52,045 bases of DNA from Alphaproteobacteria bacterium (GCA_017457005.1 JAFTII010000004.1:1-52045); one strand, 5' to 3'. Positions 10,701 to 21,569 are shown, numbered from the stretch's first letter. Numbers and translations are program-made. The notes: generated from the letters alone by a model not told the origin.

Positions 10701-11134
10701 GCCCCGCTTAAAAATAATGTAGCAAGGTATCCGGCTAAAATTACACTATTATCGGCATCGCCCAAAAAATTAACGCAAATCCATAAAGGGGTGGTTAAGA
10801 ACATTGCTAATGCACAAAAAAGCCATGAGGCTAAAAACTTTCCCCAAACAAAATTTGTAACTGATATCGGCAGAGTTATGATTTGTAATATTGTTCTGCT
10901 TTTAAATTCTTCAGCCCAAGTACGCATTGCAACAGCTGGAATAAATAATAAAAACAACCATGGTATATATTCAAACATCGGCAATAAATCAGCTTGCCCA
11001 CGTTCAAAAAAATGTCCCAAGAAAAATGTACATGCACCGTTTAAAAACAAAAAACAAATCAGATATACCAATGCAATTGGCGATGTAAAATAACGATAAA
11101 ATTCGTTTTTAATTATGGTGCATAATTTGCTCAT
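7664..11134 (-). CDS. Fusion of GldF-like ABC-2 permease, GldG-like auxiliary domain and DUF4340-like domain
   Basis: EFYRYFTSPIALVYL/MRTWAEE/LTKNQVIA permease; LDFTEEKIFTL...LVGDTDLL...NANFVLNALD GldG region; TM then C-terminal soluble domain. Confidence 0.75.
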   Translation of the reverse strand: MSKLCTIIKNEFYRYFTSPIALVYLICFLFLNGACTFFLGHFFERGQADLLPMFEYIPWLFLLFIPAVAMRTWAEEFKSRTILQIITLPISVTNFVWGKFLASWLFCALAMFLTTPLWICVNFLGDADNSVILAGYLATLFLSGAMLAIAQTMSALTKNQVIALVLGVLANLLFFLSGVEFVLGNIRNYLSPSLVNLIASFSFLAHFNSFCMGLFELRDFIFFITIILLFNFFTVIIINFRTAGTVSIFKSSNPLYYFLLCLFVFFIFGSINTISNLYLRHYKLDFTEEKIFTLTESTQKVISNINGKVYAKLYYSPVLGEKNPDVRLLADRINLLLEQYAKLSNEKISIKKYNPKPFSDAEDRALAAGIQPLPIINQNQNAYLGLELTDEYNKKQVIPFFPISRKAFIEQDLTEAFYLLSHKKPRLGILTSLPMFETSVDNVVTSEWEISKQLSRFYDLFVISQEKPDLKNIDILLIAHPTNLTESAINEIKKFSFGGGKILAFFDIATEAQQLFAPTTQEFKPSDYKNLPEMWGIRFIEQAVIADLDNSSLVNTSNATGNNPEFTQDVIQFYLTGNNFNKHSPITSNLKKMMLTSASTFVPLKNANITFEPLLEASSNSALLTARAVYDRIDPAIILRNFKADKNPKYIAAHIKGSNSPLDIILVGDTDLLYDNFWTEHQIVLDKSYAIALLDNANFVLNALDVLINNHTLLALRGKNYYERKFKKLEKHKIEAAKNFRIQEKQILDNLAKAKLGIEEISQKRNFEERNAFTPDELAIIAKIRKQINDDRLELYKIRTQLNEKNTHLKNNLIRINVYMLPLLGLLILAAPLVISLKKVKEQKQFRFNKILLIIILSGVFSLFISIIAVNKYENKFNDLQENLPVFPNLANKINNVEQIVLQNNLKKLVFRKDKNGEWQLAETPHYPVYQNRIRNLLTNLIAATYYEKKSSEFESLKNFGLLPIENDESSAVLIDLQNNKGNSIAKINVGEIDVELGRGSRGAYIRSENSFQVWLAQMDLINLDLNPQNWTFSSIWNLQFGRIISVNNINNKDLSANIVKVFLNSHFIGATTELKNPTQLFSVDLAVEDNNYLTLNFYEKNNKYWVAYKFDKIASIDLLKNFAQYAKGVFYELSEKDMEKIKNATANINSTGLEN

Positions 11135-11260
11135 CGTGTCATTACTCCTTTATTTATGATGATTCTATATGAAAAAGTTAAAAATAAAGTGAATAATTAC
11201 CAATGCGGGTTAATAATTTTTTATCAATTTTCCTTTATTATTTTTAGCGGAGATAGAGTT

Positions 11261-11926
11261 ATGATATCATATCTGATTTATGGTTTTTTATATGGAGCGG
11301 CTATTCCTTTTATGGCTCGCCGGTTTGCTAAGTTTATGCCCGCTACACCGGCAAATGCTCTTTGGCAATTGATTAAAATTAATCGTTTTTTACCACAAGT
11401 ATATTCATGCAAAGAATTTAAGCGTTTTGCTTGGCGTTCATTCATGAGTGCAGTTATCGTCGCAATACTGACTTATTTGTTTGCTGCCGTTTTAGGAGGC
11501 GGCAATACCGGTTGGAGTATATTTTTTCTATGGACGTTATTATTGTTGGCGGAAATTGATTGGCGCATGTATTTACTTCCGGATATTTTAACCGTTCCGT
11601 TATTAATTGGCGGATTTGCATATTCCGGATTGGGAAATGGCTGGATTATACCGGCAGAAAGCTCTTTAGGAACGATAGTGGGATATTTTTTACCGGTTAT
11701 TATCGGTTTTTTATTGCTACCTCGCAATAAAAATGCTTTTGGAGGAGGAGATATTAAGCTTCTTGCGGCAATAGGTGCATGGGTAGGGATAGTACCGTTA
11801 TTATATGTTATTAGTAGCGCCTCAGTTTTAATGTTGTTATATACATTGTTGTCAGGGCGGAAAGAAGTTGCTTTTGGACCGGCTTTGGCGTTATCGGCAA
11901 TTGGAGTAGCAATTTTATTTTTTTAA
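11261..11926 (+). CDS. Prepilin peptidase, family A24
   Basis: AEIDWRMYLLPD and GGGDIKL catalytic Asp motifs, AFGPAL; ATG 11261 follows GGAG RBS. Confidence 0.85.
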   Translation: MISYLIYGFLYGAAIPFMARRFAKFMPATPANALWQLIKINRFLPQVYSCKEFKRFAWRSFMSAVIVAILTYLFAAVLGGGNTGWSIFFLWTLLLLAEIDWRMYLLPDILTVPLLIGGFAYSGLGNGWIIPAESSLGTIVGYFLPVIIGFLLLPRNKNAFGGGDIKLLAAIGAWVGIVPLLYVISSASVLMLLYTLLSGRKEVAFGPALALSAIGVAILFF

Positions 11927-11957
11927 TACGAACAGATTAAAATTACGGAGAATTATA

Positions 11958-12683
11958 ATGGCAGGAAAAAAGAAATCTACAATAAGTCTTTATTATGATG
12001 ATGAGCAACGTCGTTTATCTAAATTGGTAACAGGTTTCAGTTTTGATATGTTTATAATGTTTGTCATTATTGCCGATGCCGTAGTTTTAGGATTGATGAG
12101 TTCCGGTATTGCTGATATATATTATAGCAAAATCTTATTTTTGCTGGATAGACTTTTTATGGGCATATTTATCGTAGAAATGTTCTTAAAAATGTATGCC
12201 CTTAAAAAGAAATTTTTTAATTCGGGATGGAATATTTTTGATTTGATTGTGGTAATTATTTCTTCTGTTCCGGAAGCAAGTTCTTTTATTGTTCTTAGAA
12301 CTTTTCGTCTTTTTCGGTTATTAAAATATGTACATCGTTTTTCTAAATTGAATAATTTAATTAATATGATAATTGGTCTATTGCCGACATTTGCATCTTT
12401 TCTAATGATATTCCTGATTTTCTTTTATGTTTTTGCAATTATGGCAGTTAGCTTTTTTGGCGATGTATTTACAGCCTTTTCTACTTTAGGGACGTCAATG
12501 GTTACTTTACTGCAATGTCTTGCGTTAGATGGTTGGTTGATAAATGTTGCTCGTCCGGTAATGATAGTATTTCCGTATGCATGGATATATTTTGTAAGCT
12601 TAGCCGTTTTGTCATTTTTATTGGTGGTAAGTTTTGTTGTATCTTCCTTTAGCCAGATACAAAAACTTTCCAAAACAAAATAA
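11958..12683 (+). CDS. Voltage-gated cation channel, 6TM bacterial Nav/Cav-like
   Basis: WNIFDLIVV (S3), LRTFRLFRLLK (S4), pore loop LLQCLALDGW..VARP, PYAWIYF. Confidence 0.88.
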   Translation: MAGKKKSTISLYYDDEQRRLSKLVTGFSFDMFIMFVIIADAVVLGLMSSGIADIYYSKILFLLDRLFMGIFIVEMFLKMYALKKKFFNSGWNIFDLIVVIISSVPEASSFIVLRTFRLFRLLKYVHRFSKLNNLINMIIGLLPTFASFLMIFLIFFYVFAIMAVSFFGDVFTAFSTLGTSMVTLLQCLALDGWLINVARPVMIVFPYAWIYFVSLAVLSFLLVVSFVVSSFSQIQKLSKTK

Positions 12684-12698
12684 GAATATCAATTTAAT

Positions 12699-12728
12699 AT
12701 GCCGGTTATTATTACCGGCATTTTTTTT
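12699..12728 (+). terminator. Rho-independent terminator
   Basis: ATGCCGGT-TATTATT-ACCGGCAT followed by T-run. Confidence 0.8.
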
Positions 12729-12749
12729 GCGAAAAAATTTTTCGGATGA

Positions 12750-12778
12750 CTTGACAACAATATTTTGAATTCCTAAGT
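12750..12778 (+). promoter_or_regulatory. Putative RpoH (sigma32)-type groES promoter
   Basis: CTTG-N18-CCTAAGT resembles the alphaproteobacterial heat-shock consensus CTTG-N17/18-CYTATNT. Confidence 0.5.
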
Positions 12779-12820
12779 AATGAAATAGAAAAATTGAATA
12801 TAAACTAATGGAGTATAAAT

Positions 12821-13111
12821 ATGAAAATAAGACCTTTGCAAGACCGTGTATTGGTTAAGCGCTTAGAAGAAACCACCAAAACCGCCGGTGGCATTATCAT
12901 TCCTGATACAGCTAAAGAAAAACCGAGTGAAGGTTTGGTTGAAGCCGTAGGTGCTGGTGCTGTCGGAGCAGATGGAAAACTTATTCCGATGACAGTTAAA
13001 GTTGGAGATAAAGTTTTGTTTGGCAAATGGTCAGGTTCAGAAGTAAAGCTTAATGGCGAAGAACGTTTGCTGATTAAAGAGTCTGAGATTTTGTGTATAG
13101 TTGAAGAATAG
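12821..13111 (+). CDS. groES: Co-chaperonin GroES
   Basis: [14 protein letters not shown]...[15 protein letters not shown]. Confidence 0.99.
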   Translation: MKIRPLQDRVLVKRLEETTKTAGGIIIPDTAKEKPSEGLVEAVGAGAVGADGKLIPMTVKVGDKVLFGKWSGSEVKLNGEERLLIKESEILCIVEE

Positions 13112-14767
<1,656 letters not shown>

Positions 14768-14782
14768 TCAAAAGTTCATCTT

Positions 14783-14818
14783 AAAGAACCTTATCTTTAC
14801 GGATAAGGTTCTTTTTTT
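14783..14818 (+). terminator. Rho-independent terminator
   Basis: AAAGAACCTTATC-TTTACG-GATAAGGTTCTTT plus T-run. Confidence 0.85.
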
Positions 14819-14871
14819 ATTGGAATTTTTCAAATATCTCCTATATTAAGATTATAACCCTGAGGAGAAAT

Positions 14872-15333
14872 ATGATGTTGGATGTAAATAAACTAAAAGA
14901 GGTTGCTCATAAAATTCACATGAGTGAAGAAGAGTTTGTAGCGGAAAAGAAACGGCTTGCCGCTAAAATTTTACATCTTAATGAACCTCGTAAACCTAAA
15001 AACGGGATAATTTATATTGTTTTGGCATTTTTCTTGGGAACAACCGGAATTCATAATTTTTATGCCGGATATTGGGGAAGGGGATTATCTCAATTGTGCT
15101 TAAGTCTGATTGCTCCGTGGTTTTTATATATTCCATTACTGTTTGTGGCGATATGGGTGTTATTAGAACTTTTGTTTGTTAATAAAAGTGCTGCTCATAT
15201 TGTTTTTAGCGGAAGCCGAAAAGTAATAGTTGTTTTGCGTATAATTTCCATAATTATATTGGCATTAGCTTTTTCTAATACCTCAATGGTAATAAATGAA
15301 CCTGATTTTCAAGAAGTCCTGATAAATATATAA
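14872..15333 (+). CDS. TM2-domain membrane protein
   Basis: KNGIIYIVLAFFLGTTGIHNFYAG TM2 signature. Confidence 0.8.
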   Translation: MMLDVNKLKEVAHKIHMSEEEFVAEKKRLAAKILHLNEPRKPKNGIIYIVLAFFLGTTGIHNFYAGYWGRGLSQLCLSLIAPWFLYIPLLFVAIWVLLELLFVNKSAAHIVFSGSRKVIVVLRIISIIILALAFSNTSMVINEPDFQEVLINI

Positions 15334-15540
15334 GCATTATTTTAATTCTATGCGCAATTATGCCGATTAGTGCTGTAAATACAACAGTCGGCAATACTTT
15401 GTATTGTAATCAAGTTGTTGATTCTTATAATTGTTTGTAATATTTTGTAATAAAGTTTGAGATAAAATCAAATTATTACTTTACAAAGCATATCATTTTG
15501 AGTACTAATTAATTCAGTTATAACTTCTCGGAGGCTGAAT

Positions 15541-17736
15541 TTGAGAGAACAAATTAGAGAAATTACCCGTTGGTGTTTACGTACGGTATTCACTTTATTC
15601 AAGGTAAGATGTAGTATTGCGTTTAAAGAAAACAAAGTACCTCACAAAGCTGTTTATGTATCTAACCACGTTTCATTTCTTGATCCGTTGATGCTTTTTG
15701 CCTTTTTGCCCGGCAACCCGTTGTTTGCTTTAAACGGACACTTGTATCGTAATCGTTGGATTAGGCTGATTATGTGGTCAGCAGATATCATGCCTTTTAA
15801 TCCGATTGAACCTTCAGATTTGAAAGAGCTGATTTCTATAGTTAATAAAGGACGTTGTTGCGTTATATTTGCTGAAGGTCGTATGACTTCCAATGGTCGT
15901 ATGATGAAAATTTATGAAGCCCCCGGTTTGTTGGCTGATAAATCAGGCGCTCCGATAATTCCTGTATGGATTAACGGTCCGCAATACGGATATTTTTCCA
16001 AAACCAAAGGCAAACTTCCTCATCGTCCATTACCCAAAGTAACGATTACCGTAAGAAAGCCTGTTAATTTTAAATTAAAAGATGAGTTACGCCGTCAGCG
16101 CGATCACATCAGCAATGAAGTTTATATGATTATGCGTGATATGTGTTTTGAAGCCTCATACAACAGTAGTCATAATATTTCTTTATTCGCTCAGTTGATG
16201 AAAACTGCAAAAGTTCATTCTAAAAAAGGTTTTATGAGACGTCCGGCATTTGTTGAGGATATTAACCGTGTTCCTAATTCATATAAAGACATCGTCATAA
16301 AATCTTTTGTTCTTGGTAAGTTTTTTAAGCGCAAAACGTTGCCTAACGAAAATGTAGCATTGCTTTTGCCCAATGCCATAGCAACTCTATGCACATTTTT
16401 TGGTTTATCTGCTTATGAGCGTGTTCCGGTAATGTTAAATTTTTCTGTTGGCGCCAAAAATATGGTGTCAATGTGCAAAACAGCCGTTTGCAAAATGGTA
16501 ATTACTTCGCATTTGTTTATCCGTAATGCCAAATTAGAACCGGTTATTGAAGAATTACGTGCCGCCGGTATGGAGATATTCTATTTGGAAGATTTGCGTA
16601 AGCACATAACTTTAGCAGATAAAATCGGAGCATTTATTCGTTACAAGACCAAACGTGTTCCTCACCCTGAGGGCGGTAATAAAAAAGCTGTTATTTTGTT
16701 TACATCAGGGTCAGAAGGCGCTCCTAAAGCTGTTGTATTGAGCCATGCTAATATTATCTCAAATATTAAGCAGCTTTCATCTATTGAAACAATAAATATG
16801 ACCGACATTATTTTTAATGCGTTGCCGATGTTTCATAGCTTTGGCTTAACTGTCGGAACATTATTTCCATTGTTTGAAGGAGCAAAATTGTTCCTGTATC
16901 CTTCCCCATTGCACTATCGTATCATTTCTGAAATTGTCTATGAAATTGGTGCTACGGTGATGTTTGGTACTGATACTTTCTTCCGCGGTTATGCTAAAAT
17001 TGCACACTCTATGGATTTTCATAATATTCGTTTTATGTTTGGAGGTGCTGAAGCAATAAAACCGGATACACGAAATATGTGGGTTGAAAGATTCGGTGTT
17101 CGCGTAATGGAAGCCTATGGTTCTACCGAATGCTCTCCGGTTGTTACTGCCAATAACAGTATATTTAACCGTTTTGGTTCTATCGGAAAACTGTTGCCTA
17201 AGATTCAATACAAAATAGAAAAAGTTGATGGTATTGATAAGGGCGGAGAGCTTTGGGTAAAAGGTCCAAACATTATGATGGGATATTATATGCCGGATAA
17301 TCCGGGAGTGCTGGTTCCGTTAAAAGATGGTTGGTATCATACCGGCGACGTTGTTGATATTGATGAAATCGGTTTTGTATATATTAAAGATAGAATTAAG
17401 CGTTTTGCTAAAATCGGTGGTGAAATGGTATCTTTAAATGCTGTACATGAGATGATTGTCAAGGCATACGAACAAAGCGGTTCGGATTATTCATACGGTG
17501 TTGTATCAGTTCCGCATGAAAGTAAGGGTGAACAAATAGTGTTAGTTACTAATAATAAGAACGTAACACAAGATTGTTTACATAATTATGTTCGTGCCAA
17601 TGGTCTTCCTGAATTATATTTACCGAGAGTAATTTTGTTCAAAGAAAGCTTGCCGGTATTTGCAACCGGAAAGGCAGATAATATTACTCTTAAGAAACAA
17701 GTTCTTGAAGAATTGGGAATTGAAACTAAAAAGTAA
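15541..17736 (+). CDS. aas: Bifunctional lysophospholipid acyltransferase / acyl-ACP synthetase
   Basis: NHVSFLD and FAEG acyltransferase motifs; FTSGSEGAPKAV, YGSTE, WYHTGD, RFAKIGGEMVSL AMP-binding motifs; TTG start after GGAGG. Confidence 0.9.
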   Translation: MREQIREITRWCLRTVFTLFKVRCSIAFKENKVPHKAVYVSNHVSFLDPLMLFAFLPGNPLFALNGHLYRNRWIRLIMWSADIMPFNPIEPSDLKELISIVNKGRCCVIFAEGRMTSNGRMMKIYEAPGLLADKSGAPIIPVWINGPQYGYFSKTKGKLPHRPLPKVTITVRKPVNFKLKDELRRQRDHISNEVYMIMRDMCFEASYNSSHNISLFAQLMKTAKVHSKKGFMRRPAFVEDINRVPNSYKDIVIKSFVLGKFFKRKTLPNENVALLLPNAIATLCTFFGLSAYERVPVMLNFSVGAKNMVSMCKTAVCKMVITSHLFIRNAKLEPVIEELRAAGMEIFYLEDLRKHITLADKIGAFIRYKTKRVPHPEGGNKKAVILFTSGSEGAPKAVVLSHANIISNIKQLSSIETINMTDIIFNALPMFHSFGLTVGTLFPLFEGAKLFLYPSPLHYRIISEIVYEIGATVMFGTDTFFRGYAKIAHSMDFHNIRFMFGGAEAIKPDTRNMWVERFGVRVMEAYGSTECSPVVTANNSIFNRFGSIGKLLPKIQYKIEKVDGIDKGGELWVKGPNIMMGYYMPDNPGVLVPLKDGWYHTGDVVDIDEIGFVYIKDRIKRFAKIGGEMVSLNAVHEMIVKAYEQSGSDYSYGVVSVPHESKGEQIVLVTNNKNVTQDCLHNYVRANGLPELYLPRVILFKESLPVFATGKADNITLKKQVLEELGIETKK

Positions 17737-17740
17737 TAAG

Positions 17741-17768
17741 AAGAGCCGCCTGAAAGGGCGGCTTTTCT
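17741..17768. terminator. Bidirectional terminator
   Basis: AAGAGCCGCC-TGAAAG-GGCGGCTTTT between convergent genes. Confidence 0.8.
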
Positions 17769-17782
17769 GATAAATTTAAAGC

Positions 17783-17920
17783 CTATTGCAGTTCAAAAAA
17801 TTCTTTACCTACACCGCATAACGGACAAAGATAATCTTCAGGCAATTCTTCAAAAGGAATTTCTCCGTCATAAACATATCCGCAAACGGTACAAACCCAT
17901 TTTTTATTGTCATTGGTCAT
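17783..17920 (-). CDS. Rubredoxin, 45 aa (not in ORF track)
   Basis: [45 protein letters not shown]; two CxxCG motifs; GGAG RBS. Confidence 0.92.
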   Translation of the reverse strand: MTNDNKKWVCTVCGYVYDGEIPFEELPEDYLCPLCGVGKEFFELQ

Positions 17921-17922
17921 TG

Positions 17923-18435
17923 TTATTCTCCCTTAATTTGTTTTTGATATTTTTGAAAACTTTTCATTACATCATCTTTGAAATATGACCGATAATCTAA
18001 ATATGTTAAAGGTTCTGCTTCTTTATCGGAATACGCAGATATAACTTCTGCAACATACAAAGTATTACTTTTTAACGGATACGAATAAATTATTTTACAC
18101 CTGAAACGCGCTAAATTATCTTGTAAATAAGGCAGATTATCTTGCTCAAAATAATCAACATTTGCCCACTTATCTCTATCCCGACTGCTCTGAAACCCAA
18201 AATTAGCTACAATGAACGGATCTATTCCTTTGCACAATACAGATAATGAAAATTCTTTGGTTTTATCTATACATGACTTTGTGTAACCGTGATTAGCACA
18301 AGATAATGCGATAGCAATCGGATTGTTGGCAACCTGCATAACCGCATCAACAATACAACCGCAAAAACGATTTTCATCTTTAGCACCCAGTACATATAAT
18401 CCGTGTGTAAGCTTATATAAGGCATTTAAATCCAT
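17923..18435 (-). CDS. Flavin reductase-like protein (similar to N-domain of high-molecular-weight rubredoxin)
   Basis: [41 protein letters not shown]. Confidence 0.85.
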   Translation of the reverse strand: MDLNALYKLTHGLYVLGAKDENRFCGCIVDAVMQVANNPIAIALSCANHGYTKSCIDKTKEFSLSVLCKGIDPFIVANFGFQSSRDRDKWANVDYFEQDNLPYLQDNLARFRCKIIYSYPLKSNTLYVAEVISAYSDKEAEPLTYLDYRSYFKDDVMKSFQKYQKQIKGE

Positions 18436-18487
18436 AGTAATCTCCCTTTACTATGGATATAATCAGTCAAAACCAAAATACAAGTTA

Positions 18488-18688
18488 TTAATAATGCGGA
18501 GGAGGAGTTTCTTCGCTTTGCGGTTTTACCACGTCACGTTCAATTAATTTTAATAAATATTGATTCTGTTTGGTTAAAAGGTCAATCTTGCGTCCTTGAT
18601 CAATAACGACCTGATTTAATTCTTCTAACATTTTTTGTTGTTCGGAAAGAGATATTTCAATATCAACAAAACGTTCTTCTGTTTGCAT
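18488..18688 (-). CDS. slyX: SlyX family protein
   Basis: EERFVDIEISLSEQQKMLEELNQVVIDQ...ETPPPHY. Confidence 0.9.
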   Translation of the reverse strand: MQTEERFVDIEISLSEQQKMLEELNQVVIDQGRKIDLLTKQNQYLLKLIERDVVKPQSEETPPPHY

Positions 18689-18761
18689 ATTTTTAACTTT
18701 CTGCTTGTTCAAATAATGCTATATGCTATCATTATTTTAAAATATTACAATTGGAAAAACA

Positions 18762-20270
18762 ATGCCTCTGCAACTTGATATTAATCCGCAATTTTCCAGA
18801 GCAATGGAGTTGATAGAAAACACCTCCAATCATCTTTTTATTACCGGAAAGGCAGGTTCCGGCAAATCCACACTGCTTAATTATATTAAAGAGAATAGTA
18901 CAAAAAATATTGTAGTAATTGCTCCGACAGGAGTATCTGCTCTTAATGTTAAGGGTCAGACCATACATCGTTTTTTTTCATTTCCGATTAATGTAACACC
19001 TGAAAAAATCGCTTGTTTTGAAGTAACCCCGCGTGTAAAACGTATATACAAACAGCTTCAGACACTGATTATAGATGAAGTATCAATGCTAAGAGCTGAT
19101 ATTTTAGATTGTATAGATATTTTTTTGCAGATTTACGGTCCGGATGCCAATAAGCCATTTGGTGGAGTGCAAATGGTGTTTGTGGGCGATTTGTTTCAAT
19201 TACCGCCGGTAGTTAGTAGTAATGAAATGTATTATTTCAGCAATCGTTATTTATCTCCATATTTTTTCAGTTCAGAGGCATACAAAAAGATAAATATTGA
19301 AATTGTAGAGCTTACTAAAATTTATCGGCAAAAAGATATAAATTTTATAAATTTATTAAACAAAATTCGTAATAACAGTGCAACCTCATCGGATTTGGAT
19401 TTATTGAATAACCATTGCCAAAAAACAAATGAAGATTTTATTATTACACTTACAGCGACGAATAAAATGGCCGATGACATAAATAAACAAAAACTGGATC
19501 TGTTACCTTCACGAAGTTTTATTTCTCAAGCAATAATAGATGGGAGTTTCAGCTCGGAATATTTTCCGACCGGAGAAACTTTGGAACTTAAAGAAGGTAC
19601 CCAAGTTATGTTTTTGAATAATGATATCAAAAATCGTTGGGTTAATGGTAGCTTAGGGAAAATTGAGGGCATAAAATTAGGTGAAGATAAGATTCGTTAT
19701 CTTAAGGTCAGATTACAAGATAATGCTAAATTGGTAGATGTTTTTCCGTATGAGTGGGAAATTTATAAATATTCATTAGTCGGAAAAGAAATCATATCAG
19801 ATGTTGTCGGGTCATTTTGCCAGTTTCCGGTACGTTTGGCTTGGGCAGTAACAATTCATAAAAGCCAGGGGCAAACATTTGACAATGTGTGTATTGATAT
19901 CGGAAACGGAACTTTCGCTGCCGGACAATTATATGTTGCTCTCAGTCGTTGTACATCTTTAGAAGGCATCACTCTTCTTCAAAAAATTTTGCCTCGCCAT
20001 ATTTTATGTGATGAACGAGTTGTGAAGTTTATGGATGATAATTCTTCACCAAAAGATACACCTGTAAAAATAAAAAGATTGTCTTTTGCAGCTTCCAAAA
20101 GACAAAAACTACAAATAACCTACCAAAAAATTAACAATCAAACATCTCATCGGATTATTATTCCGCGTTATATTAAAGGAGAGAACTTGTTTGCATTTTG
20201 TGTTCAACGTCAAGCACAACGAACTTTTAAGATAGAGCGAATTTTAGATATAAAAAACTTTAATGATTAA
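18762..20270 (+). CDS. Pif1-family SF1B helicase with C-terminal WYL-like domain
   Basis: GKAGSGKS, APTG, IIDEVSM, GDLFQLPPV, QFPVRLAWAVTIHKSQGQT, YVALSR; C-terminal ITY...R.I.P...AFCVQRQAQRTFKIERI. Confidence 0.88.
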   Translation: MPLQLDINPQFSRAMELIENTSNHLFITGKAGSGKSTLLNYIKENSTKNIVVIAPTGVSALNVKGQTIHRFFSFPINVTPEKIACFEVTPRVKRIYKQLQTLIIDEVSMLRADILDCIDIFLQIYGPDANKPFGGVQMVFVGDLFQLPPVVSSNEMYYFSNRYLSPYFFSSEAYKKINIEIVELTKIYRQKDINFINLLNKIRNNSATSSDLDLLNNHCQKTNEDFIITLTATNKMADDINKQKLDLLPSRSFISQAIIDGSFSSEYFPTGETLELKEGTQVMFLNNDIKNRWVNGSLGKIEGIKLGEDKIRYLKVRLQDNAKLVDVFPYEWEIYKYSLVGKEIISDVVGSFCQFPVRLAWAVTIHKSQGQTFDNVCIDIGNGTFAAGQLYVALSRCTSLEGITLLQKILPRHILCDERVVKFMDDNSSPKDTPVKIKRLSFAASKRQKLQITYQKINNQTSHRIIIPRYIKGENLFAFCVQRQAQRTFKIERILDIKNFND

Positions 20271-20319
20271 CTATTTGTAACTATATATTGTTTTATAATA
20301 TAGCAATAAACGGAGAAAA

Positions 20320-21195
20320 ATGATGAAAAAAGTTTTGGCATTTGATATTGGCGGTACCAAAATTGCTTACGCAATTATTGATGAAAGCGGAAATTTTATA
20401 AATGAAATAATAAAAGTTACAACTCCTAAGACATCAAATGGTATTTATGAATTATTAAAAACAGTCATCAAAGGGTCTGAAGACGAAATAGATGGTGTTG
20501 CAATTGCAACAGCCGGTGCAATAAATAATGAAAATAATAAAATCATCAGCCATGTTGGTAATTTACCGGAAAAATATAATGAATTAGATTTTACATCACT
20601 TACTTCTAAACCGATTTTTTTAGAAAATGATGCCAATGCCGCCGGTTGGGCAGAATTTAAGCTTGGTTCTGCCAAGGGAACGCAAAATGCTGTAGTGTTA
20701 ACCTTAGGTACCGGTGTTGGTTCTGGTATTATTGTTAACGGCAAACTTCTTAAGGGGAAATCCGGTTCGGCCGGAGAAATGCACGTCAGATTCGGTTTCG
20801 GGCATAATCGGAAGTGTACTTGCGGTTTATGGGATTGTTTAGAAACTTATGTTTCCGGCAATGCTTTAACTACCGATGCCCAAATATATATGTCACCGGA
20901 TGCCACCAGCTATGATGTTATCCGCGGATTAAAAGAGAATAATCAGAAAGCGCAAGCTGCATTTGACCATTGGCAGGAATGTTTGGAAAATGCGTTGGTT
21001 ATGGTTTGTAACCTTTTTGATCCGGAAGTAGTTGTTTTATCAGGCTCTATGGCACAGTTTGTGGAATATGATAAATTGCAAAAAGAGGTTAATCAAGACA
21101 TTCTGACTCAGCCTACAGAACTGAAACTTGCCAAGTTTGAAAATAATGCCGGTATGCTTGGGGTTGCTTTATTACTTTTGGAAAGATTAAAATAA
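20320..21195 (+). CDS. ROK family sugar kinase
   Basis: DIGGTK, ENDANAA, LGTGVGSG, CTCGLWDCLE. Confidence 0.92.
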   Translation: MMKKVLAFDIGGTKIAYAIIDESGNFINEIIKVTTPKTSNGIYELLKTVIKGSEDEIDGVAIATAGAINNENNKIISHVGNLPEKYNELDFTSLTSKPIFLENDANAAGWAEFKLGSAKGTQNAVVLTLGTGVGSGIIVNGKLLKGKSGSAGEMHVRFGFGHNRKCTCGLWDCLETYVSGNALTTDAQIYMSPDATSYDVIRGLKENNQKAQAAFDHWQECLENALVMVCNLFDPEVVVLSGSMAQFVEYDKLQKEVNQDILTQPTELKLAKFENNAGMLGVALLLLERLK

Positions 21196-21569
21196 TGAAA
21201 TATTCTTTATCTGTTCATGAATTTTCATATAATAAAATTAAAAATGGTACCAGAAAAGTAGGTGTACACCTCTTTGATAAAAAGGCTCAACAAATTAAGC
21301 TTCATGATACTTTAGAGTTATGCAATATATCAACAAAAGAAAAATTAAATTGTGAAGTACTTGGTATCGCTATTTTTGATAATTTCAGTAATTTGGTTGA
21401 TGCACTCACACCGCAAGCATTAGGCTACACCAATAAGGAAGAAATAATGATACGACTGGAGCGAATGTATCCGCCGATAGTGCAAAAAAGTTGTAATGCG
21501 GTTGGTTTTTTCTTAAGAAAAACCGATGAAGACATAAATTTTAATGTACGACCGGAGTTAGAAAGATAA
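21195..21569 (+). CDS. ASCH/PUA-like protein
   Basis: KIKNGTRKVGVHLFDKKAQQIKLHDTL resembles the ASCH N-terminal motif (degenerate). Confidence 0.65.
   Translation: MKYSLSVHEFSYNKIKNGTRKVGVHLFDKKAQQIKLHDTLELCNISTKEKLNCEVLGIAIFDNFSNLVDALTPQALGYTNKEEIMIRLERMYPPIVQKSCNAVGFFLRKTDEDINFNVRPELER

Noticed and set aside
12684-12820. CIRCE element upstream of groES
   Set aside because: No TTAGCACTC-N9-GAGTGCTAA; only an RpoH-like promoter candidate
15361-15393. TGCCGA...TCGGCA hairpin upstream of aas
   Set aside because: Short stem with no U-tract or recognisable motif; at most a weak terminator of the TM2 gene
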